Positions 20,196 to 31,234 are shown, numbered from the whole stretch's first letter. The stretch: DNA of 62,992 bases, filler included, from Candidatus Babelota bacterium (GCA_017999075.1; 11 parts of 11 records of this genome joined end to end with filler, not necessarily neighbours in it), one strand, 5' to 3'. Made by a program: numbers and translations. The notes: generated by a model from the sequence alone, not told the origin.

Positions 20196-21171
20196 AAATA
20201 TGGATACTTTAACTCATTTTTTAAGTGGAAACATATTATATATGTTTTTTAAAAATAATTCTTATCCAAAACAGGATAACCAGAAATTATACGCACTTTC
20301 TATTATATCTTCCGTATTACCTGATTTTGATTTGATTTATAAATTATTCGGTTCTATCCAGTATTATAAAAATCACAGGGGCATAACCCATTCTATTATT
20401 TTAATCTCAATATTATTAATTTGCTCATATTTTTTTTGCAAAAAAAAAACAGGCATCAAACTTAATAAATATTTTTTAATAATTTCCATTAATTTAATGT
20501 TTCATTTATTTCTTGATTTAACCAATTCTTACGGAACCATGATTTTTTCTCCTTTTTCAAATTACCGGGTTTCATGGGACATTTTTTTTATAATGGACTT
20601 TATTATAATACTGCTGTTTTCATCAGCGCTTCTTATTAATCGAATTTTAAAAAAATATGCGCTTCATAAGTATATAGCATCAGTGTCAATATTTATTTTT
20701 TCAGCTTATTTTTTATATTCATTGTTTTATGGGAAGTATATCGCCAAAAAAGTCGAATATATTCTCAATGGAACAGGCCAAAAAATCACTTCTGTATTGC
20801 CAGGTAAATTATGGGCTTTCAACAAAACTGTGATTTTAGAGGATGATTCGCATTTTTATGCTGCAGAATATCTGCCCGACAGATTTATTGCAACTCAATT
20901 TCCAAAATTTTCATTAAGCATTATTGAAAACGATTTCATTTTTCAAAAAATAATCAATACTAATATTTTAAAATTTTATCTTGATTTTTCCAGGTTTCCA
21001 GCATACAAATTAACTTATAATTCGGATAATATCGAACTTTTAATTTATGATTTAAGATTTTACGACGAGCATTTAAACCCTGATAATTCTATGTTCGGAT
21101 TGAATTTCAGGTACATAAAAAAAACAGATACTTTAACGTTCAAATTCAATAAATTAACCGGAATTATATGA
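20188..21171 (+). CDS. YdjM/DUF457-type membrane metal-dependent hydrolase (start probably at MDTLTH)
   Basis: MDTLTH, LPDFD, HRGITHS, HLFLDLTNSYGT. Confidence 0.88.
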   Translation: MIKNMDTLTHFLSGNILYMFFKNNSYPKQDNQKLYALSIISSVLPDFDLIYKLFGSIQYYKNHRGITHSIILISILLICSYFFCKKKTGIKLNKYFLIISINLMFHLFLDLTNSYGTMIFSPFSNYRVSWDIFFIMDFIIILLFSSALLINRILKKYALHKYIASVSIFIFSAYFLYSLFYGKYIAKKVEYILNGTGQKITSVLPGKLWAFNKTVILEDDSHFYAAEYLPDRFIATQFPKFSLSIIENDFIFQKIINTNILKFYLDFSRFPAYKLTYNSDNIELLIYDLRFYDEHLNPDNSMFGLNFRYIKKTDTLTFKFNKLTGII

Positions 21172-21995
21172 AAAGCAAAACCAAACAATTCGGACAAAAT
21201 TTTTTAACTGACAAAAATATTATAAGAAAAATCATAAAATATTCAAAAATCGATTCTGCAGATTCCGTAATTGAAATAGGCCCAGGAAAAGGAGCTCTTA
21301 CTTCTGAATTATTAAAAATATGCCGGAAACTTACATTGATAGAGATAGATTCTTTTCTGATTGAAAACGAGTTAAACGATTTAACCGCTAATCATCATAA
21401 TGTTCAAATTGTCAATTCTGATTTTTTAAAATTAGATTTATTAACATATTTAAATTCTAACTGTATCATCATAGGAAACCTTCCGTATTCTTCAGCATCA
21501 AAAATCATAATGAAAATAGCCGAATCAACATCTGTATACAAAATAAAACATTGCATTTTTATGATACAAAAAGAAATGGCTGACAGAATCTTGGCTAACC
21601 CTTCATCTCCAGGCTATAACGCATATACTGTTTTACTTAGTATGAATATGATTCCTGAATTTTTATTTGATGTATCTCCATCATGTTTTTACCCAAAACC
21701 CAAAGTTCTTTCGTCAGTAATAAAATTATGTCCAAATCTTAAATATTCAGAATTATCAGAAAACTTTAAAACAAACTTTTCAAAATTTGTGCATTCCGCA
21801 TTTGCAAACAAGCGAAAAACATTAATTAATTCTGTTTCTCATAACTTGAAAATAGATAAAAATAAAATAATAGAATCGTTAATAAAATTAAATTTAAAAC
21901 CAGAATCAAGAGCTGAAGAACTTACTCTTCCTCAATTTTTGAAATTATTTGAATCTATTATCCCAGTCTTTCCAAACCGGATCGAATCCAAATGA
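21168..21995 (+). CDS. rsmA: 16S rRNA m6,2A dimethyltransferase
   Basis: FGQNFL, EIGPGKGALT, GNLPY, MIQKEMADR, F.PKPKV.S, RKTL, RAEEL. Confidence 0.95.
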   Translation: MKSKTKQFGQNFLTDKNIIRKIIKYSKIDSADSVIEIGPGKGALTSELLKICRKLTLIEIDSFLIENELNDLTANHHNVQIVNSDFLKLDLLTYLNSNCIIIGNLPYSSASKIIMKIAESTSVYKIKHCIFMIQKEMADRILANPSSPGYNAYTVLLSMNMIPEFLFDVSPSCFYPKPKVLSSVIKLCPNLKYSELSENFKTNFSKFVHSAFANKRKTLINSVSHNLKIDKNKIIESLIKLNLKPESRAEELTLPQFLKLFESIIPVFPNRIESK

Positions 21996-23051
21996 TTTAA
22001 CAAGCTCAAATATCTCATATGGAGTTCTTTCATCAGAAACCTTGAATTGTTCTTCGGCATTATCAGTTTCTGAATACCCTCCAGGATTGGTTTTCGAACC
22101 TGCGCTGATCTGAGTTATTCCTGCATAAATAAGTTTATTTCTCAGTTCAGAGTTTTCACGCGTCGATAAATTCAAACCCGCATCAGGAAAACAAATTCTT
22201 ACAGCACAAATAAGCTGAGCTAAATTTTTATCGGTTACAGGCATAACCGGATTAAATCCTGAAGCTGCCGGCCTAATTCTCGGAAAAGAAAAATTAATTC
22301 TCGATTTCCAGTATTTTTTCATTATATATTTTGCGTGCATATACATATACGCCGCATCTATTCTCCAATCATATAATCCAAGCAGTATTCCAAAACCAAG
22401 ATCTCTGAAACCTGATTTTCCGCCGCGTTCTAATGCGCCAAGTCTGAATTCGTAATCCCGTTTTTTTCCTGCAGGATGCATTTCAGCGTAAACCTTTTCA
22501 TTATATGTTTCCTGATATAACGCCAATCCATCAACTCCGATCATAGTTAACTCTCTATATTCTTCTTCTTTCATCGGATAAATTTCAATAGCAATATACG
22601 AAAAATATTTCTTCAAAATTTCAACTGACTTTTTTAAATATTCAAGGTTAACTTCATTCGGCACAGAACCTGATACTAACAAAATACTGTCAAACCCTGA
22701 TTTTTTTATTATTGCTGATTCCTGTTCTATTTCATCAAAACTTAATGTTTTCCTTGAAATTTTATTTACCGCATTAAAACCGCAGTACAAACATGAATTC
22801 CGGCATTTATTCGAAACATATAATGGGGCGTACAACTTAATTATTTTTCCAAATCTTTGAATTTTAATTCTGTTTGCAGTTTCAGCAAGTCTTTGTATAT
22901 ATTTCTCTGCGGCTGGAGAAATCAATGTTATAAAATCATCTATTCCTGAAAATATACGGGTTGAAAATTTTTTTTCAACATCTTCTTCTTTGACCGCAAA
23001 AAGTTTTTCTGTGATATAATTCTCATCAAATTCAAAATACATACTGCGCAT
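21945..23051 (-). CDS. thiH: 2-iminoacetate synthase (radical SAM)
   Basis: LYAPLYVSNKCRNSCLYCGF, YQETY, HPAGKKRD, SFPRIRP, SAGSKTNPGGY, PVWKDWD. Confidence 0.93.
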   Translation of the reverse strand: MRSMYFEFDENYITEKLFAVKEEDVEKKFSTRIFSGIDDFITLISPAAEKYIQRLAETANRIKIQRFGKIIKLYAPLYVSNKCRNSCLYCGFNAVNKISRKTLSFDEIEQESAIIKKSGFDSILLVSGSVPNEVNLEYLKKSVEILKKYFSYIAIEIYPMKEEEYRELTMIGVDGLALYQETYNEKVYAEMHPAGKKRDYEFRLGALERGGKSGFRDLGFGILLGLYDWRIDAAYMYMHAKYIMKKYWKSRINFSFPRIRPAASGFNPVMPVTDKNLAQLICAVRICFPDAGLNLSTRENSELRNKLIYAGITQISAGSKTNPGGYSETDNAEEQFKVSDERTPYEIFELVKSFGFDPVWKDWDNRFK

Positions 23052-23057
23052 AATATT

Positions 23058-24737
23058 TTACATTTTACCGTGTTTTAAAATCGAAATTAAAAGCCAGAAC
23101 CCCATTAATCCTGCAGTTATAAAACCCACTATTCCTATTATCGGCACCTCATTCCATTTAGGAGGAATTCCTGACAGAACTATTAAAGAGGAACCTATTA
23201 TTATAGCGGCAAGAACTATCGCAAAGACAATCCTGTTGCTGATATTGTCAAAAGTCTTCAAAACAGGTTCAATGCCTCTGTGTTCAAAAATAAATTTAGT
23301 TTCTCCGTTTTTCAGCTGAATCATCAGGTCATTCAGATCAGCAGGCAAATCTTTGATGCTGCTTGATAAATTTATAATGGTGGAGTACAGTTCTTTTCCT
23401 ATTGATATAGGAGAAAGACGTTCCAGATATATTTTTTTTACAAAAGGTTTGATATGACTTATCATGTTAAATTCCGGGCAAAGTTTAGAACCTACTGATT
23501 CTATGAGTATCAATGATTTTATCAATACATAAAATGACGGAGGAATAGTTATTTTGTGTTTTATAAGAATTCCAAGAAATTCTTTTAACAATTGCCCTAC
23601 ATTTATTTCATTTAACTGTATAAAAAAATATTTATTCACAAAATCCGATATGTCAAGCGTCAAAGAATCATAATCAAATTTTGAGCGTTTTGATAAAGCC
23701 AATACTGTTGACAATAATTTTTTTTCATCATTATTTGTTATTGCCAAAATTATATCGCATAATTGATCACGCTGAAGCCGAGTCAATGCTCCAAACATTC
23801 CATAATCAAGAAAACATATTTTTCCGTCAAGCATTATAAAAATATTACCTGGATGCGGGTCAGCGTGAAAAAAACCATATTGAAATATCTGTTTTAAAAA
23901 CAAATCTATTCCGCGTTTGGCTATAATCGAAGAATCTAATCCGGTATCATTAAGTTTGTCAATCTGTGAAACCTTTATACCGTCTATATGTTCCATTACT
24001 ATTATTGCAGGCGCGGAAAATTCTCTATAAACTTTAGGAACATATATTGTAGTGTCGGATTTAAAAAAATTTCTAAACCGTTCTATATTGTTTATTTCAT
24101 TTACAAAATCAAGTTCTTTCAATATTGTTTTTGAAAATTCTTCTATTATCGACTTAGGTTTTACAACAGACATTCCGGTAATATATTTTTCACTTAACCC
24201 TGCAAGGTGCATCATAATTTCTATATCTATTTCAAGTTTTTTTTTCAAATCAGGACGCTGAATTTTAACCACTACCTTTTCACCTGTATGCAATTCTGCC
24301 ATATGGACCTGGGCTATCGAAGCTGAAGCTATCGGTTCCTGTTCGAATTTTTTAAAAATAGTTTCAACAGATTTATTAAGTTCGGTTTCTATAACTTTCA
24401 CAACTGTACCGGTCTCCTCAGAAGGAACCTCATCCTGCAATTTTTCTAATTCCTGTATAAGTTCAAAAGGAAGCATGTCAGGACGAGAACTCATAATCTG
24501 TCCGAATTTTATAAAAGCCGGTCCTAATTCCTCAAACACTTTTCTTATTCGTTCCCATCTTGAAAAATTCTGTTCAGACCTGTATTTAGCTGATAATTCT
24601 CTAATATCAATAAATTTCGGCAGATTTATTTTTTGCAGCAGATCAATAAAACCGTATTTTATCAATATAGAAAGTATTTCCCTATATCGATTTATATGCC
24701 GATATGTTTTGGTAATCTTGGTTAAATTGTTAAACAT
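23058..24737 (-). CDS. AarF/ABC1/UbiB-family kinase
   Basis: EELGPAFIKFGQ, PIASASIAQVH, VVKIQRP, FFHADPHPGN, LDYGM. Confidence 0.93.
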   Translation of the reverse strand: MFNNLTKITKTYRHINRYREILSILIKYGFIDLLQKINLPKFIDIRELSAKYRSEQNFSRWERIRKVFEELGPAFIKFGQIMSSRPDMLPFELIQELEKLQDEVPSEETGTVVKVIETELNKSVETIFKKFEQEPIASASIAQVHMAELHTGEKVVVKIQRPDLKKKLEIDIEIMMHLAGLSEKYITGMSVVKPKSIIEEFSKTILKELDFVNEINNIERFRNFFKSDTTIYVPKVYREFSAPAIIVMEHIDGIKVSQIDKLNDTGLDSSIIAKRGIDLFLKQIFQYGFFHADPHPGNIFIMLDGKICFLDYGMFGALTRLQRDQLCDIILAITNNDEKKLLSTVLALSKRSKFDYDSLTLDISDFVNKYFFIQLNEINVGQLLKEFLGILIKHKITIPPSFYVLIKSLILIESVGSKLCPEFNMISHIKPFVKKIYLERLSPISIGKELYSTIINLSSSIKDLPADLNDLMIQLKNGETKFIFEHRGIEPVLKTFDNISNRIVFAIVLAAIIIGSSLIVLSGIPPKWNEVPIIGIVGFITAGLMGFWLLISILKHGKM

Positions 24738-24743
24738 TTGAAA

Positions 24744-25055
24744 TTATTTTTGTTGTTCCAAATATGAAATTTTTTTTTCAAGTTCCTCTATTTTATTATT
24801 AAGTTTTAAAATTTCATCATTAGTAGGAACTTTAAGTTTTTTTAATAATTCAGAGGTTACTGTTTCAATCTTGTGTTCAAGAGTTTGTTTAGCTTCATTG
24901 GATTTGCTTAAAAGTTCATCAAACAACTTTTTCCCGTCTTCTTCGCTTAATTTAGCAGTCTTAACAATTTCATCGCAAATTCCTTTTATTTTTTCCTTAT
25001 TAATCATTGTCATTCCTATTCCTGATAAAACAGTTTTTTTCAATAACTCCAGCAT
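24744..25055 (-). CDS. phasin-like protein, typical partner of UbiB-family kinases
   Basis: MLELLKKTVLSGIG..LSEEDGKK..VPTNDEILKLNNKIEELE. Confidence 0.8.
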   Translation of the reverse strand: MLELLKKTVLSGIGMTMINKEKIKGICDEIVKTAKLSEEDGKKLFDELLSKSNEAKQTLEHKIETVTSELLKKLKVPTNDEILKLNNKIEELEKKISYLEQQK

Positions 25056-25088
25056 AAGAATCAGCCTCCTTATTTTTATCTTAACATA

Positions 25089-26246
25089 TTATGATTCTAT
25101 CCTTGGTTTAGGATATGATTTATCTGCGGTAATTTCTCTGGCATATTCACTATTCCAACTTATATCAAACACTTCGCGTAAAGTTTTTACAGGTTTTTTC
25201 CCGATTATTCCAATCCCCACATTTCTTGAATTTATAAAGTAATCAGGTTCAAGATTACTGCTGGTCAACCAAGCTTTCTCATTATCCATAACCATATATT
25301 TAACATGATGTACACGTGAAAAAGGAACAAAATTTCTACCCAGCGTCGGAATATCCATATACCTGACCTCAACATTAGGTATCAAAGACAAACTTTGAAC
25401 AAATGGTAAACTTTCCTGTTTAAGACTCCAGTGCGATGTTAATAATTTAACTTTTATTTTCTTGCTTGCGGCAGCTTCCCTTATTGCAGCATCGTAATTT
25501 TTTAAATATAATCCCGGACAGTATTGGCTGTTAGGCGAATACTCCATTATATGAATTAAAATTTCTTTCCTGGCATTTTCAATTAATTCCATAACAAGTT
25601 CAAGTTCTGTTATAAATTTTTTAGGCGTCAAAGCCTCAGGAGAAACTACGGGATAAACTGAAATATTATCTGATCCTTTAAGTTTAATCGGCTTATCCGG
25701 AATTTTAGATTCATCTTTAAAATTATTCGGTTTGACATTAGTGTCCGCAAGTTTCCAGTCATATTCAAACAATTGGGTCAATATATCTGCAAATTGACTG
25801 TTTACAACTCTAACTCCTAAATTCTGACTGTGTTTCAAAGATTTCCAATCAAAATTATGGCTTCCAACAAAACAGTCTTCACCGTCAATAACTAAATATT
25901 TGGCATGCATTACTCCAGCGCCCATCATTTTGGTTACATCAAGAAACTTAACTTCCATATTGCCTATATTTTCAAAAAAATTCACATTTGTCGGATAACT
26001 GTTATAATACATCGCATCATTTATCATTCTTACTTTAACGCCTTTATTTTTGGCAGCATCTATAATCATTCCGAATATCGGATAAAGGTCTTCACCTTTA
26101 GGGCTTGAAATATAAAACTGGCAAATATCTATTGTTTTCTTAGCTTTTTTTATCATATCAGGCCATACCTGCTGCGCAGTTCGTATTTTTGAATGCTTTA
26201 AATTAGTTCCTATCGGAACATTTTCTACAAACTCAAATTTTTTCAT
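25089..26246 (-). CDS. phospholipase D superfamily protein (PLD3-like, two HKD motifs)
   Basis: GVMHAKYLVIDG..FVGSHNFDWKSL and VHHVKYMVMDN..TSSN. Confidence 0.88.
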   Translation of the reverse strand: MKKFEFVENVPIGTNLKHSKIRTAQQVWPDMIKKAKKTIDICQFYISSPKGEDLYPIFGMIIDAAKNKGVKVRMINDAMYYNSYPTNVNFFENIGNMEVKFLDVTKMMGAGVMHAKYLVIDGEDCFVGSHNFDWKSLKHSQNLGVRVVNSQFADILTQLFEYDWKLADTNVKPNNFKDESKIPDKPIKLKGSDNISVYPVVSPEALTPKKFITELELVMELIENARKEILIHIMEYSPNSQYCPGLYLKNYDAAIREAAASKKIKVKLLTSHWSLKQESLPFVQSLSLIPNVEVRYMDIPTLGRNFVPFSRVHHVKYMVMDNEKAWLTSSNLEPDYFINSRNVGIGIIGKKPVKTLREVFDISWNSEYAREITADKSYPKPRIES

Positions 26247-26496
26247 CAGCTTAACCTCCGTACAAATCCTGGTTTTCTAAAAAAATAGAATTTATGAACC
26301 CTGATTCATAAAAATAAAAAAACACGCAAATAATAAAACTATTTCAAAAATACAATTATATATTTAAAAAAAATTATACAATAATATTTTATTANNNNNN
26401 NNNNNNNNNNNNNNNNNNNNNNNNNNNNNNNNNNNNNNTTAATTAATTAANNNNNNNNNNNNNNNNNNNNNNNNNNNNNNNNNNNNNNNNNNNNGT

Positions 26497-27945
26497 ATAG
26501 TATTAAATTTATTTTTTGCAGATATTGGATCAGCTTTTACCCCAATTAGTATTATTCCCCCACATTTATTTGAATTTGATGATAAAATTAATAATGAAAT
26601 GATTGATTTTTCGAAAATAAGAAGTATTAATTATTTTGATGTTGAATTGCTGTATAAACAAAATTATTTATATAATCAAAAACAACAAAAAGAAGAAACA
26701 AAAATAAAATTGACTGAATCTGAAGCTGATATTTTATTTAAACCATTCGGTCAATATTTTTTTTTCACTTATTCTGCCAATAATCTGAAATTTGAAGGGA
26801 AATCAGCTTCTGAAAAACATAATTTGAGTTTAAAAATAAAAAATAAAAATTACGATATTGCAGGATTGGGTTTAATAACCGAATATGCTGAAGGATATAT
26901 AAATAAAGATATAAATGATGATAAAAATGGTTTTTCTAATTTAATTGCTGGCATAGGAATTAAAAAATATTTTAATTTAACTTATTTTCAAACCAAAAAA
27001 AATGAAGACATAACACTGGATTTTAGCTACAAAAATGAAAATATTAATGTTGAAAATAAAATTTTTCCTGAAAATTATGGAATTAAAGCATATATCTCTT
27101 TTGAATCATTGTGTAAGTTTACTTTTTTTTCAAGAAAAAGCAGTTTAAAAGACGACATTGATAAAGAAGAAATAAACAATAAATTTAACACTTTAAATAA
27201 CGGAGAAGGAAGAGATAAGATATGGAGTTTTTATATTAATATTTCTGATAAATTCAATTTCGAATATAAAACCGAAAAACATAATAGTAAATTTTATACC
27301 AGTATTTTTGAAAAAAGTAATATTCACAGCAAAATCATTAATGTGTTTGCAGAAAATGAAAAACAGGGCAAAAAATTATTCATTAATTGGCATTATTCAA
27401 ATAATGACACTGGAAATTTTATCAAAGCAGGTATTTCTAATTGCAGAGCTTCATCTTATGGAAGCGGATATTTTGACGCGTCGTATTATATCGATTTTTT
27501 TTTAAATGTAATGTCAGGGGACCGTACAGGTTATTTTAATTTTGAATATGATTATTATGATATTGAAATAGCTTGGTCTAAAAATTTTAAAAAAAAGTGG
27601 GTCATTATGCCAGGTATTACAATCTATAATTTTAAAAAGTTTAAACTGTTTTATGAATATTATGAACCTTATCTTGGCGGTTTTTTGATAAGAAATCGTG
27701 AAAATAAATTAAAAGAGTATGATAGATTAATTCTTGCAGATTTAAGTGTGTTGGTCAAATATAATTTTAATTTCAACACTTTTTTAAGTATGAATATGGC
27801 TCAGTTCGCGCCTATAACAATTAAAGAAAAAGAGTTTGCTGAAAATAGCAGTACAAGAGTAAGCACTATATCAGAACATTATGAGGAATATAAAAAAATA
27901 CGTGGAGGGTTTAGAATTTTATGCGCGATAGAATATAAATATTAA
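26497..27945 (+). CDS. putative outer-membrane beta-barrel protein, 5' end missing
   Basis: Frame is open to the contig start with a signal-like segment (IVLNLFFADIGSA); rich in Tyr/Phe/Asn; ends in an alternating strand with a terminal aromatic (FRILCAIEYKY). Confidence 0.5.
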   Translation: MVLNLFFADIGSAFTPISIIPPHLFEFDDKINNEMIDFSKIRSINYFDVELLYKQNYLYNQKQQKEETKIKLTESEADILFKPFGQYFFFTYSANNLKFEGKSASEKHNLSLKIKNKNYDIAGLGLITEYAEGYINKDINDDKNGFSNLIAGIGIKKYFNLTYFQTKKNEDITLDFSYKNENINVENKIFPENYGIKAYISFESLCKFTFFSRKSSLKDDIDKEEINNKFNTLNNGEGRDKIWSFYINISDKFNFEYKTEKHNSKFYTSIFEKSNIHSKIINVFAENEKQGKKLFINWHYSNNDTGNFIKAGISNCRASSYGSGYFDASYYIDFFLNVMSGDRTGYFNFEYDYYDIEIAWSKNFKKKWVIMPGITIYNFKKFKLFYEYYEPYLGGFLIRNRENKLKEYDRLILADLSVLVKYNFNFNTFLSMNMAQFAPITIKEKEFAENSSTRVSTISEHYEEYKKIRGGFRILCAIEYKY

Positions 27946-28008
27946 AAAATAATAATTTCAAAATATTGTATTAGAAAATTGAAAAAATGGTTTGAACACA
28001 AATAAATG

Positions 28009-28055
28009 AACTGTTTCAAAAATATATAACTGTATTTCTGAAACGGTTTTTTTAT
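28009..28055 (+). terminator. probable intrinsic terminator
   Basis: Imperfect inverted repeat aactgtttcaaaaata / tatttctgaaacggtt followed by a T-run. Confidence 0.5.
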
Positions 28056-28069
28056 TTTGGAAATTGCGG

Positions 28070-28097
28070 TTGACTTTTAATGTTATTATTATAAAAT
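28070..28097 (+). promoter_or_regulatory. sigma70-type promoter for hisS-aspS, TTGACT-N16-TAAAAT
   Basis: Near-consensus hexamers upstream of hisS. Confidence 0.55.
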
Positions 28098-28173
28098 TAC
28101 GCATTGATTTTTGGTATTAATATTTTTTGGGTTAACATAAAAAAATATATTTTTAGATGAAAATGTAATAAAA

Positions 28174-29448
28174 ATGAGTATTTTGAGTAATATAAAAGGC
28201 GTTAAAGATATTTTTGATAATGAAATATTGCTGTTCAGAAAAATTGAACGATTGTTTAATGAAATATCTGAAAAATACGGATATTCAGAAATGCGAACTG
28301 CTATACTTGAATATACCGAACTGTTTAGCCGAGGAATAGGAGAATTCACAGATATTGTAGAAAAAGAAATGTTCACGTTAACTGACAGTAAAGGGAAAAA
28401 AATAAGTTTAAGGCCTGAAAACACGGCAGGCGTTGTAAGATCGTTTATTCAAAATGGATTGTTTAATTTGCCTGGAATAAAAAAATATTTTTACATAGGA
28501 CCAATGTTCAGGCATGAACGGCCTCAGGCAGGGAGGCTTCGTCAATTTCATCAGATTGGTTGCGAGGCTTTCGGAGCGGATTCTCCAATTATTGATGTAG
28601 AATGTATTCAATATGCTTGTGAACTGATATCCGGCCTTGGAATAAAAAAATATGATCTGCAGATTTCATCTGTAGGCTGTCCAGTATGCAGAAAAGAATA
28701 CAATTCGAGACTTGTTTCATATCTTTATTCTTATAAACAGGGTTTATGCAGTAATTGTAATCAGCGTATGGAAAAAAATCCTTTGAGAGTTCTTGATTGC
28801 AAAGAAGGAAATTGTCAGGATATAATTGCTGGAGCTCCTAAAATAGTCGATAGTCTTTGTCAGGAATGTTCGGATAATTTTAATGAAATTTTGGGAATCC
28901 TTAAAAATAGCGGTGTAAATTTTTCTGTTAATAAGCGTTTAGTGAGAGGACTTGATTATTATACAAAAACAGTATTTGAAATAGTATGCGAAGGGCTTGG
29001 TTCACAAAATACTGTATTGGCCGGAGGCAGATACAATAATTTAGTAAAACAGCTCGGCGGACCTGAAATACCTGCTGTAGGCTGGGCTTCTGGAATAGAA
29101 CGGCTGGTTATGATATTGTCTTCTAACGGATATCATAATACAGAAGGCATTAATCAAAAAAATGTATTTTTAGTTTATGACGAATCGGTTAAACATGAAA
29201 TAAATGAATTATTGACTAAGTTTCGTAAGAATAATATAAGAGTTTTGATAGATTACGAATGTAAAAGTTTTAAATCTCAGTTCAGGCTAGCGAACAAACT
29301 TGGATGCGAGTATGTGTTGATATTCGGGGGAAATGAAATGAAATCAGGTATAATCAAATTAAAAAATTTTAGCAATGGAACTGAGACAGAAATATTGATT
29401 ACGGAATTGATTGAAAAAATAAAACCATTAATTTTTTATTCTAAATAA
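28174..29448 (+). CDS. hisS: histidine--tRNA ligase
   Basis: LRPENTAG, GPMFRHERPQAGRLRQFHQ, LVRGLDYY, AGGRY, GIERL. Confidence 0.97.
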   Translation: MSILSNIKGVKDIFDNEILLFRKIERLFNEISEKYGYSEMRTAILEYTELFSRGIGEFTDIVEKEMFTLTDSKGKKISLRPENTAGVVRSFIQNGLFNLPGIKKYFYIGPMFRHERPQAGRLRQFHQIGCEAFGADSPIIDVECIQYACELISGLGIKKYDLQISSVGCPVCRKEYNSRLVSYLYSYKQGLCSNCNQRMEKNPLRVLDCKEGNCQDIIAGAPKIVDSLCQECSDNFNEILGILKNSGVNFSVNKRLVRGLDYYTKTVFEIVCEGLGSQNTVLAGGRYNNLVKQLGGPEIPAVGWASGIERLVMILSSNGYHNTEGINQKNVFLVYDESVKHEINELLTKFRKNNIRVLIDYECKSFKSQFRLANKLGCEYVLIFGGNEMKSGIIKLKNFSNGTETEILITELIEKIKPLIFYSK

Positions 29449-29467
29449 ATAAAAACGGGGAATTGAT

Positions 29468-31234
29468 ATGAAAAGAACTCATTATTGTACTGATTTATCT
29501 TTGAAAAATTTGAATGAAAAAGTTTGTGTATGCGGCTGGGTACAAAGGAGACGCGATCATGGAGGGCTGATTTTTATTGATTTGAGGGATAGAACAGGAA
29601 TACTCCAGATTGTATTCAACCCTGAATATTCGGTTGAAGCTCATACTGCCGCTCACACTTTACGCAGTGAATTTGTTGTTCTTGCAAAAGGAACTGTTAT
29701 TAAACGAAGCCAGGAAACAATTAATCCTAAAATGATAACCGGCGAGATTGAAATTGCCGTTAATGAACTTGAAATATTGAATTCAAGTAAAACTCCGCCG
29801 TTTATGCTTGAAGAAGATGTTAAAATTAACGAAGATCTGCGTTTGAAATACAGGTATCTCGATTTGCGCAGAGAATCTGTTATGAAAAAATTTATTATTC
29901 GTCATAAAGCCGCGATTATAGTCAGAAATTATCTTAATGAAAAAAAATTTTTGGAGATTGAAACTCCAATGCTTACCAAGAGCACTCCGGAGGGAGCTCG
30001 AGATTATCTTGTTCCAAGCAGGGTTAATCCAGGAACTTTTTATGCGCTGCCTCAAAGCCCGCAATTGTTCAAACAATTATTTATGGTTTCAGGTTTTGAC
30101 AGGTATTTTCAAATTGTTAAATGTTTTCGGGATGAAGATTTGAGGGCTGACCGTCAACCTGAATTTACACAAATAGATATGGAAATGTCTTTTATTGAAC
30201 AGGAAGATATATTTGAGATTATTGAAGGAATGCTGCAAAAAATATTCAAAGAAATAAAAGGAATAGATATTCCCCAACCTATCAGAAAAATGGATTATGA
30301 AGAAGCTATTGAAAAATATGGTTCTGATAAACCTGATTTAAGATTCGGAATAGAATTGAAAAATATAACAGATTTAATTATTGAATCTGAGTTTCAGGTT
30401 TTAAAAAATGTGGTTGCCGATGGAGGAATTGTAAAAGGCCTTACAATTCCTGGAGGAGCCTCATTGTCAAGAAAAGAAATTGATGACCTGATAAGTTATG
30501 TGGGTAATTTCGGAGCTAAGGGCATGGCCTGGTTTAAAGTTACGGAATCAGGACTGGATTCAAATATAAAAAAATTCTTTACTGAAAAAATATTGAAAGA
30601 TATTCAGGAAAGAATGGAAGCTAAGCAAGGGGATTTGGTTTGTTTTGTTGGTTCATCGCCGAAGATTGCTAATTCAGCTCTTGGAAATTTAAGACTCCAT
30701 ATAGCGGAAAAATTGAATCTTATCAATAAAAATAAATATGAGTTTGTATGGATTTATAATTTTCCGTTATTTGAATACGATGAACAAACAAAGCGTTATG
30801 CGGCAATGCACCATCCTTTTACATCTCCAACTGATGATACAGTTCAGTATATGGATTCGGATCCTTCAAAAGTAAGGGCTAAAGCATACGATATAGTTTT
30901 GAATGGAAGCGAGCTTGGTGGAGGGTCAATACGAATTTATAAAAATGAAGTCCAGAAAAAAATGTTTAATGCGTTAAGAATTACAGAAGAAGATGCTGAA
31001 ATTAAGTTTGGATTTTTATTAAACGCATTACAATATGGAGCACCTCCTCATGGCGGAATAGCTTTGGGTATGGACAGGTTGATAATGCTTCTTACAGGAG
31101 CAGATTCTATTAGAGATGTAATCCCTTTCCCGAAAACACAGAAAGCAACTTGTTTGATGACAGAAGCTCCATCTAAAGTTGAACAAGAACAATTAAAAGA
31201 ATTGTTTTTAAAAATAACCGTTGAATCTAAATAA
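29468..31234 (+). CDS. aspS: aspartate--tRNA ligase (H in RRDHGG suggests the non-discriminating type)
   Basis: RRRDHGGLIFIDLRD, STPEGARDYLVPSR, LPQSPQLFKQ, PPHGGIALG. Confidence 0.97.
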   Translation: MKRTHYCTDLSLKNLNEKVCVCGWVQRRRDHGGLIFIDLRDRTGILQIVFNPEYSVEAHTAAHTLRSEFVVLAKGTVIKRSQETINPKMITGEIEIAVNELEILNSSKTPPFMLEEDVKINEDLRLKYRYLDLRRESVMKKFIIRHKAAIIVRNYLNEKKFLEIETPMLTKSTPEGARDYLVPSRVNPGTFYALPQSPQLFKQLFMVSGFDRYFQIVKCFRDEDLRADRQPEFTQIDMEMSFIEQEDIFEIIEGMLQKIFKEIKGIDIPQPIRKMDYEEAIEKYGSDKPDLRFGIELKNITDLIIESEFQVLKNVVADGGIVKGLTIPGGASLSRKEIDDLISYVGNFGAKGMAWFKVTESGLDSNIKKFFTEKILKDIQERMEAKQGDLVCFVGSSPKIANSALGNLRLHIAEKLNLINKNKYEFVWIYNFPLFEYDEQTKRYAAMHHPFTSPTDDTVQYMDSDPSKVRAKAYDIVLNGSELGGGSIRIYKNEVQKKMFNALRITEEDAEIKFGFLLNALQYGAPPHGGIALGMDRLIMLLTGADSIRDVIPFPKTQKATCLMTEAPSKVEQEQLKELFLKITVESK

